Assembly (NCBI RefSeq): GCF_009914755.1
Contig: NC_060942.1
Strand: one strand, 5' to 3'
From: the human T2T-CHM13v2.0 reference genome, Homo sapiens
DNA length: 64,000 bases
Shown here: positions 55,288 through 64,000 of the stretch, in pieces
Layout of the letters: the number at the start of each line of letters is the position of its first letter
How positions within the stretch are numbered: position 1 is the stretch's first letter
The notes under the pieces: model-generated
What the model was told of the DNA's origin: nothing
What the model saw: only the letters and a program-made list of their open reading frames with translations
The model's database searches: none
Position numbers and translations under genes: made by a program

Positions 55288-55642
55288 TGTATTAATCTGT
55301 GCACAAAATAACATAGACTGGGTGGCTTAAACAACACACGTTGATTTCTTACCATTTGGGAGCTGGGAAGTCCAAGATCAAGGTGCTGGCAGATTCAGTG
55401 CCTGTGAGGGCCCCCTTTCTGGTATGCAGATACTCGCCTTCTTGCTGTATCTCACATAGGGGCAGGGCAGGGAGAGAAGGGAGATCTGGTCTCCTTCTCT
55501 CCTTATAAGGGACTAATCCCATCTGTGACCTCATCTAACCCTAATTACCTCCTAAGGGCCCCACCTCCTAATACCACCACGTTGGGAGTTAGGGTTTCAA
55601 TACATGGATTTTAGGGGAGACACAAACATTCAGTTCATAACA
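55288..55642. mobile_element. MLT1A/MST-like MaLR solo LTR
   Basis: catagactgggtggcttaaacaac...gaagtccaagatcaaggtgctggcagatt...acaaacattcagttcataaca. Confidence 0.75.
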
Positions 55643-56074
55643 TTATACCATGAGTCAATTCCCATTTACTCCCATAAACAGCGCAGGGATGTGTCTTCCT
55701 GCGTGTGATGGTCACTCCAGTATATATTCCTCTAAGTGGAATTGCTGGGTCAAATGGGACACACATTTCAACTTTTGATTATATTACCAACAGTTGCTTT
55801 GAAAGAAGATATTCAGCACATTCCATGTAGAGTATGTGTGCCTCCCTTCCCAAACCCACACCAACACTGAACAGCACAAATCTTTTTACAATTTAATAAT
55901 TTATAAGTGTCTCCTTATTTTTATTGGTGTTCTTCCGATTCTAATTGAACATGTTTTAAAATATTTGTTGGCAATGTATATGTCTTCTGTGATTTACCTT
56001 TATATATATCTTTGTCCATTTTTCTATTAAGCCATCTTTTTCTTATTGACTTTCAAAACCCCTCCAGGATACTA

Positions 56075-56384
<310 letters not shown>

Positions 56385-56892
56385 CTCCAGGATACTTTTT
56401 AATTTAAAAAAATATGCAGATTAAGACTGGACCCTTCTCCAAAATATACATAAAATGTATGCATTCTGAGACTAATGACCTCTCCTGTCTGGGGATGAAC
56501 GATGCTAGTGACCAGCAGCACTTGCTTTGTTAACATTTTGGAATGGAGCTCCTCTGCTGTCTTGTCATTTGTGGACCTTAGGTAGGTGTGAAGCCCCGCG
56601 TTGGAGAGGTGGCAGCCCCTCCAGACCCGAGGCAGCTGCTGCCAAGGTTGCCCTTGCTGACTGGTCCTCATTAATGGCTCAGCAAGGGTCCTGTGATCTT
56701 TGCCAGTGTTCCCTTTCCCTCTCCTTGCCATACATCTTTCCTTTACTGCCGCATAATTCTAATGAGATTACCCTGGGTCAGTCAGTTATATTAGAGAAAT
56801 GATGAGCAGCAGGGAAAAGAAAATTCACAAGATGGTAACATTTAAAATAAAATTTGTTTTTGGCCTTTACCCAACAGTAGATTTCATGGTCA

Positions 56893-57265
<373 letters not shown>

Positions 57266-57406
57266 AATATGAACCATGGAAAAATTATATAGGGAAGGAA
57301 TTTAGGGATCCTGTAAGGATGATGTAGGATAAAACGTTTATGTTTAATTTGGGATTGAATAAAGTCTGTTCACTTTGGCCTAAAACTGTTCATTGTTCTT
57401 AAACAG

Positions 57407-57478
57407 TTTCATTCATTGGCTCCCATGTACTATCGAGGCTCAGCTGCAGCTGTTATCGTGTATGATATTACCAAGCAG
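57407..57478 (+). CDS. RAB31: RAB31 coding exon 4 (72 nt; FHSLAPMYYRGSAAAVIVYDITKQ)
   Basis: Acceptor ttgttcttaaacag, donor CAG|gtaaga. LAPMYYRG is the Rab5/22/31 switch II signature. Confidence 0.97.
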
Positions 57479-58502
57479 GTAAGAATGTCTCCTTCAGAAT
57501 TTAGATGTCATTTATGGTGGTTCTCTCACTTAGAGAGACTGGAGCAGAGACGTCACTGCTTGCATCTTGCCAGTAGCGTGCCACTATATATTGAGTTTAT
57601 TTCATGTATATGTAACAAAGCATCCCATATTTATCTGCTAAATTAAACAATAATGACCATTCATTCTTAAAATTGACTGTAGAGGCAAAGTCATGCCTGC
57701 TAGTACTATTCTGCAGAATGTCAGCTTTTAAAGAAAAGGAAAATCATTTTTAATTTCTGCATGCTTTATAATTACAGAATACTTATTTTTGTTACTGTTT
57801 CAATCATACTACATACTTAAAATGCCAAGCATAACATTCGTGTGTATGTAAGTAAATCTTTGTGTGTGTATATATAAGTATATTTTTAGTTATCACGTTG
57901 AAGGTCTTAGACTTCCATCAACAAATAACCGCAGTAGTTTGATGACATTTTTTCCCACTCCTGCAAACTGAATTATTTACTTTTTTTTCTCTGGAGTGTT
58001 GACTCAGCACATAAGACTGTTAGTTTAATGACCCATCACTGTTACTTTCCACGAGTTCCTGACCACTTCTACCTAAATGTGGTGTGTTGCCCTTGGCCTG
58101 TTTTCTAGAGGACAATTGTGAGTGAAGGGCCAACAGGAAGACAGGACTCTAAATATATATGTTTCTTCCTTGGTGTAAGCATGAGCATTTACTTAGTCCT
58201 GTTATTCTTATTCATGTGGAGTCCAGGCTATCATTTTAAATTAATGTTATTTATAGGAGAAAAATCACTGATATGATTTTCTTAACTAGATCAAGTTTTA
58301 ATTTTAGAAAACTTGATATGGTCTATTTAAGTATATTTCAGCTAACATTAACTTTTGTGCCTAGACAGAGGTAGTATGTTAATCTGCATGAGTCTCCTAA
58401 AAATATTTTTCTCCATTAAATTGTACTGGGCTTGTATTTCTGCTTAGTTGAAATATTATATTGAGGGGTCTTTCTAATGATTTGTGTACACTGTTGGTTT
58501 AG

Positions 58503-58609
58503 GATTCATTTTATACCTTGAAGAAATGGGTCAAGGAGCTGAAAGAACATGGTCCAGAAAACATTGTAATGGCCATCGCTGGAAACAAGTGCGACCTCTC
58601 AGATATTAG
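58503..58609 (+). CDS. RAB31: RAB31 coding exon 5 (107 nt; [36 protein letters not shown])
   Basis: Acceptor ctgttggtttag, donor AG|gtaaga. In frame with exon 4. Contains the G4 motif GNKCD. Confidence 0.97.
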
Positions 58610-58633
58610 GTAAGATGCATTGAAATCTCTTTT

Positions 58634-59551
58634 GTGTAGATACTGTCCTCCATCCCTGAGTGTCATCCGTGTAGATACTGTCCTCCATCCCTGAGTGTCA
58701 TCCGTGTAGATGCTGTCCTCCATCCCTGAGTGTCATCCGTGTAGATGCTGTCCTCCATCCCTGAGTGTCATGCGTGTAGATGCTGTCCTCCATCCCTGAG
58801 TGTCATCCGTGTAGATGCTGTCCTCCATCCCTGAGTGTCATCCGTGTAGATGCTGTCCTCCATCCCTGAGTGTCATCCGTGTAGATGCTGTCCTCCATCC
58901 CTGAGTGTCATGCGTGTAGATGCTGTCCTCCATCCCTGAGTGTCATCCGTGTAGATGCTGTCCTCCATCCCTGAGTGTCATCCGTGTAGATGCTGTCCTC
59001 CATCCCTGAGTGTCATCCGTGTAGATGCTGTCCTCCATCCCTGAGTGTCATCCGTGTAGATGCTGTCCTCCATCCCTGAGTGTCATCCGTGTAGATGCTG
59101 TCCTCCATCCCTGAGTGTCATCCGTGTAGATGCTGTCCTCCATCCCTGAGTGTCATCCGTGTAGATGCTGTCCTCCATCCCTGAGTGTCATCCGTGTAGA
59201 TGCTGTCCTCCATCCCTGAGTGTCATCCGTGGAGATGCTGTCCTCCATCCCTGAGTGTCATCCGTGTAGATGCTGTCCTCCATCCCTGAGTGTCATCCGT
59301 GTAGATGCTGTCCTCCATCCCTGAGTGTCATCCGTGTAGATGCTGTCCTCCATCCCTGAGTGTCATCCGTGTAGATGCTGTCCTCCATCCCTGAGTGTCA
59401 TCCGTGGAGATGCTGTCCTCCATCCCTGAGTGTCATCCGTGTAGATGCTGTCCTCCATCCCTGAGTGTCATCCGTGTAGATGCTGTCCTCCATCCCTGAG
59501 TGTCATCCGTGTAGATGCTGTCCTCCATCCCTGAGTGTCATCCCTGAGTGT
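58634..59551. repeat. Minisatellite/VNTR: 26 full copies of a 35-bp unit GTGTAGATGCTGTCCTCCATCCCTGAGTGTCATCC plus a partial copy
   Basis: Exact 35-bp periodicity from 58634 to 59543 (910 bp), with only a few single-base variants. Confidence 0.97.
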
Positions 59552-61569
59552 ACAAAGGTATCATGCCTTTGTTATGTCTGCCCTCAGTGTAGTAACTTAA
59601 TTAATGGCCTTTCACTTTTGGTAGTCAATGTGGCATTGATTCAACCAGAGAAGAAATAAGGGAAAATGATAGGGAAATACAGATCTGATGTACCATACAA
59701 TGATAAATGTTCAAATTATAACTCCTGTACATAACACAGTTACATCCCTGACTCTACATATCTTTGGGCTAGATGGTTTTGTTATTTCTGTTGTTACTTT
59801 TTCCATTATTATTTTCATTATGACTACTAGCACAATTTTACTAACACTTTCCTATGGTAATGACCATTAGAATTCTTAATATTTTTCATAGCATACCTGT
59901 TTGTTTTGGTTCTAGATTTTATCTTAAGGATATAGTCAAGTACATAATCTCACTATTTAGTTCTAAAATCAGAATACGACACATTGTATGTGAGTACCTT
60001 GACTTTCCCCAGTGGTATTGGGTTATTGAACTTCTTATATCTTGAAGGAGGTTGTGAGGATCCAGTACACATGAATTAGAGATTTGATGATAGCTTTACC
60101 TAGCCTGGTAAGCTAGCTGTTTTGCTAAATAAATACATTATTTAAAAAAGGAAATAGCGAATTTGTGGTATCTCCATTCCCTTGGTTAATTTAATTCTCA
60201 GGAATTCTAGTCGTTGATTTTCATAAAGACAACTACATCATGCTTCTGGTTTTGCTAATCAAAGTGTGATTAAACCAAAGAGGAATAAATAATGGATGGA
60301 AGTGGATCTTGCAAAAGCTCTTAACATAGCATTTAACGAACTGTTCTGTTTCTTTAGGATTTCAAAAGTTTGCATCAACTTGCATCTGGTTGGTTTATAA
60401 TAACAGCCATAAACACCACTTTTCTGGGATTTGGACAAATCTTCAAACTTCCCAGACTTAGTTATCTCCCTTCGTTACTGTAATCCTCAAACAGCTTACT
60501 CATCTAGTGTTCCCAGCAGAATCACCTTAACCTTTGTCATGGGAAGGGTGAGGTGGGTGGGTAGAGACGACCTTTGCTGAGAGAAGGTGCTATCTCTAAA
60601 TCCCCCTAATTATGGGACTAATGTGCGCCTTTAAGTGGAACCGAGTCTTATGTATTGTGGGAATGCTGGTGGACTAGAATTTAAGCAGAAAACGATTTAA
60701 ACTTGAATGGTATCACTTAGGATTCTTGGTTATGTGGAACCAAAGCACAACTGAAATTCAGGAGAAAGGGGAATTTATTGGAAGATACTGGTAATCCACA
60801 TGGTAAAAACAGAACTGCCCTCAGCTCTGGCATTTGACATGTTCCAGAGTTAGTCTCTGGAGAGATACTGGCCTGGCATTCTCTTCGTTTCCAGTCTAAA
60901 ATGCCAGGGAGGAATTCCCCAGGTTAAGAACAGGCGTGTGTGGCCAAGAGGGGATTGGTAGTACGAGATGATATTTCCCAACATTACTATTAGAATGGGA
61001 AGGCAGGTGGTCTTGAAGAGGGACAGTTCCTAGAAAAGTGTAGCCTGGCCAGATAAAACGTATCTGTGACATATAGATGTGGCTACCAGCACCCAAAGAT
61101 GTGCTGTGTTTCGGGGTGGAATTTGCCTTTTATGCACAGGTACAGCATTCTTCTTGATGGGTGTTCTGATTTGTGCTCAGCTGATTCTTATATGTGCAAT
61201 TTTCATAGTGCCCCAGCTAACATAATCTATTCATCTCACTTCCAACCGTGAATTTACTCACAGCCTCTCTATCCCCAGTGGGAGAAAATGCAGGGCCATC
61301 CAGCTGCTACCTCTAGTGGTAGTGTCATGGGGCCACTGTCCCATGCATCCAGCCTCCCTGGTAGTATCTTTTCTCCTCTTGTTTGGCCTCAGTGAGGTCG
61401 GAATGTGGCTCCTCAAGATCCTGCAGTTGCGTTTTAAAGTGTGGCATGTATATCTTTTGTTATACACAGTTATTTTAGATGGTACTTGTTATTGAATCAA
61501 GCAACAAGAAGCTGACTGCCTTTAAAACTCTGATTAGGTCAGTGAGAAAGACTAGTTGGACACTAATTC

Positions 61570-64000
61570 ATTTTTAATTTTTAAACATTTAATATGTTGT
61601 ATTGAGGTAAATTACAAAACATCACGGTCACCTGTTTTAAGTGTATACAGTTCAACGACTGTTAGTATATTTTTAGAGTTGTACAGTCATCTCATATCTA
61701 ATTTTAGAACATTTCTATCACTCTGTGAAGAACGTCATGCCCATTTATACTCGCTCTCAATTTCCACCTCCTTCCAGCCCTGGTAATCACTAATGTACCT
61801 TTTTTTCCTCTAAATTTGCTTTTTCTGGACGTTTTGCATACATGGAATCGTACAATATGTGGTCTTTTGTGACCATCTTCTTTCAGTTAAGCAAATGTCA
61901 GTGATGCATTCATTTTTATGGCTGAATAATATTTCATTGTATGGATATACCACATTTTTATTTATTCATTCACACATTAACATTTGAATTATTTCTACTT
62001 TTTTGCTATTATGAAAAATGTTCCTATGAACAATCATGTACAAATTTTGTGTGGATGTATGTTTTCATCTCTCTAGGATATGTACTTAGGAGTGGAATTT
62101 CTGTGTCACATGATAACTCTTTGTAATAATTTTGGGAACTCACAGACTGTTTTCCAAAGTAACTGCAAGATATCCACATCCTCACCAACATTTATTGCCT
62201 GTCTTTTTGATTATAGGCATCCTAGTGGGTGTGAGATTGTGTCACTGTGGTTTTCCTAATGACTAATGATGTTAATAAATGTCTTTTCATATGTTTATTG
62301 GCCATGTGTGTATCTTCTTTGGAGAAATGTCTCTTCAAATCCCTTGCCTAATTTTTAGTTGGATTGTCTTTTTATTATCGAGTTGTAAGAGTTCTTTATG
62401 TATTCTGAATAAAAGTCTCTTATCAAACATATAATTCGCAAATATTTCCTCTCATCCTGTGGATTATCTTTTCACAATTTTTACTGTGTGCAAAAGTTTA
62501 TGTCCAGCTTATCATGTTTTTCTTTTATCTCTTGTTCACAAGTGATTGGCTAATTGAACATCACAAATATTTATTAATGTTTTCTTAGTGCTTACATTTA
62601 GGTCTGTCATCCATTTTGAGTTACTTTTTGTATGTAATGTAAGATACGGGTCCAAATTCATCTTTTGCCATGTGGATATCTAATTACCCCTGCACCAGTT
62701 GTTGAAGAGATGGTTTCTTTCCCATTGAATCTTTTGGGGGCACTTTTGCCCAAAAGCAGTCAACCATAAATGTGGTCTTATTTTTGTGCTCTTAACTTTA
62801 TTAGTTGATCTACACGTCTGTCCTGACACCAGTGTTATACTATTTTGATTGCTGTAGCTTTGTAGTAAGTTTGAAATTTAAAACTGTGAGTCCTTCAACG
62901 TTGTTCTCTTTTTCAAGATTGTTTGACTATTCTGGACCCTTAACATTTTCATATGAATTTTAGGATCTATTTCTTAATTTCTGAAAAACAAAAGGCAACT
63001 TTGATTTTAACAGAAATTGTGTTGAATCTTTAGGCCCATTCAGGTATTATTCCCATCTTAACAATTTTAAGTCTTCCGATCCATCAGTGTGAAATGTCTT
63101 TTCATTTTAATAGGTCTTCTTTAATTTCTTTTAGCAATGTTTTATAGCTTTCAGTTTACAAGTCTTGCTTTTGTTTTATTTATTCTTCTGTATTTGATTT
63201 TTTTGATGGTATTGTGAATGGGATTGTTTTCTTATTTATGGCATTGCTTGTTGTTAGTGTGTAGAAATGCAATTGACTTTAGTATGTTTATCTTGTATCC
63301 TATAACTTTCCTGAACTCATTTATTAATTTTAGTTGTTTTTTAGTAAATTATCTGGAGTTTTCTATATACAAGATTATATTATCTGGGAATAAAGACTAT
63401 TTTACTTCTTCCTTTCCAATATGGGTGCCTTTTAGTTCTTTTTCTTGACTAATTTCTCTGGCTAGAATCTCTAAAACAGCCTGGAATAAAAGTAATGAGA
63501 GTGCACATTCTTGTTTCTTCCTGATCTTAAGGATAAAATGCTCCAGTAAGTATCACACTAACTGGTTTTACATATATGTTTTTTATTCTGTTGAAGAAAT
63601 TCCCTTCTGCTCCTAGTTTGTTGAAGGCTTTTTGTCATGACTGAATGTTGGATTTTTTCAAAAAACTTTTTACATATGTAATTATATGTTAATTGATTTT
63701 GGGATGTTAAACTAGTCTTGCATTGCTGGGATAAATCACACTTGGTCATGATGCATAATCCTTTTTATACATTGCTGGGTTTAGTTTGCTAGTGTTTTGT
63801 TAAGGATTTTTATGTCTATATTCATAAAGGGTTTTAGTCTGTAGTTTCCATTTCTTAGAATATCTTTGTCTGGCCTTGGTATCAGGGCAATAACAGTCTT
63901 GCAGAATGAGTTGATAAGTTTTCCCACCTCCTCTGTTTTCTAGAAGAGTTTGTGAAGGATTGATGTCATTTCTCTTTGTTTTTCTACATCAACTTGATCT
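61570..64000 (-). mobile_element. Old L1M (MB/MC-like) element running to the window end
   Basis: Continuous decayed antisense L1 3'UTR and ORF2 sequence (FEKIQHSVMTK resembles FDKIQHPFMIK). Confidence 0.82.

Noticed and set aside
57416-57646. 76-aa ORF APMYYRG... as a separate gene
   Set aside because: It is exon 4 read through its donor into intron 4, with a TTG start.
58511-58723. Minus-strand ORF or repeat-encoded protein from the VNTR
   Set aside because: The 35-bp unit shifts frame and contains a TGA on both strands, so every frame stops within about three units.
58634-59551. CRISPR-like array (35-bp repeats)
   Set aside because: Units are head-to-tail with no unique spacers and there are no cas genes; this is a eukaryotic minisatellite.

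Overview
Primate (apparently human) genomic DNA from inside the RAB31 gene on the + strand. Four internal coding exons (18663-18742, 35538-35619, 57407-57478, 58503-58609; exons 2-5) splice in frame to give the Rab GTPase G1-G4 motifs. The first and last exons lie outside the window. The rest is intronic and repeat-rich: about 35 Alus, several L1s, LTR47/LTR40/MER21/MLT1 solo LTRs, and Tigger2/Tigger4/MER53 elements. Intron 2 holds a same-strand processed KRAB-zinc-finger pseudogene (ZNF415/ZNF160/ZNF347 clade) split by a MER21 LTR. A 26 x 35-bp minisatellite starts 25 nt after exon 5. Nearly all ORF-track entries are repeat-derived or chance ORFs. I see no clearly new biological system. The best leads are a tail-less Alu segment apparently copied from 9 kb upstream, an open KRAB-only ORF, a fossil 99-nt in-frame cassette exon in the retrocopy, and the YCAY/YGCY-rich VNTR beside exon 5. 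Repeat family names come from recalled consensus sequences and repeat boundaries are approximate.
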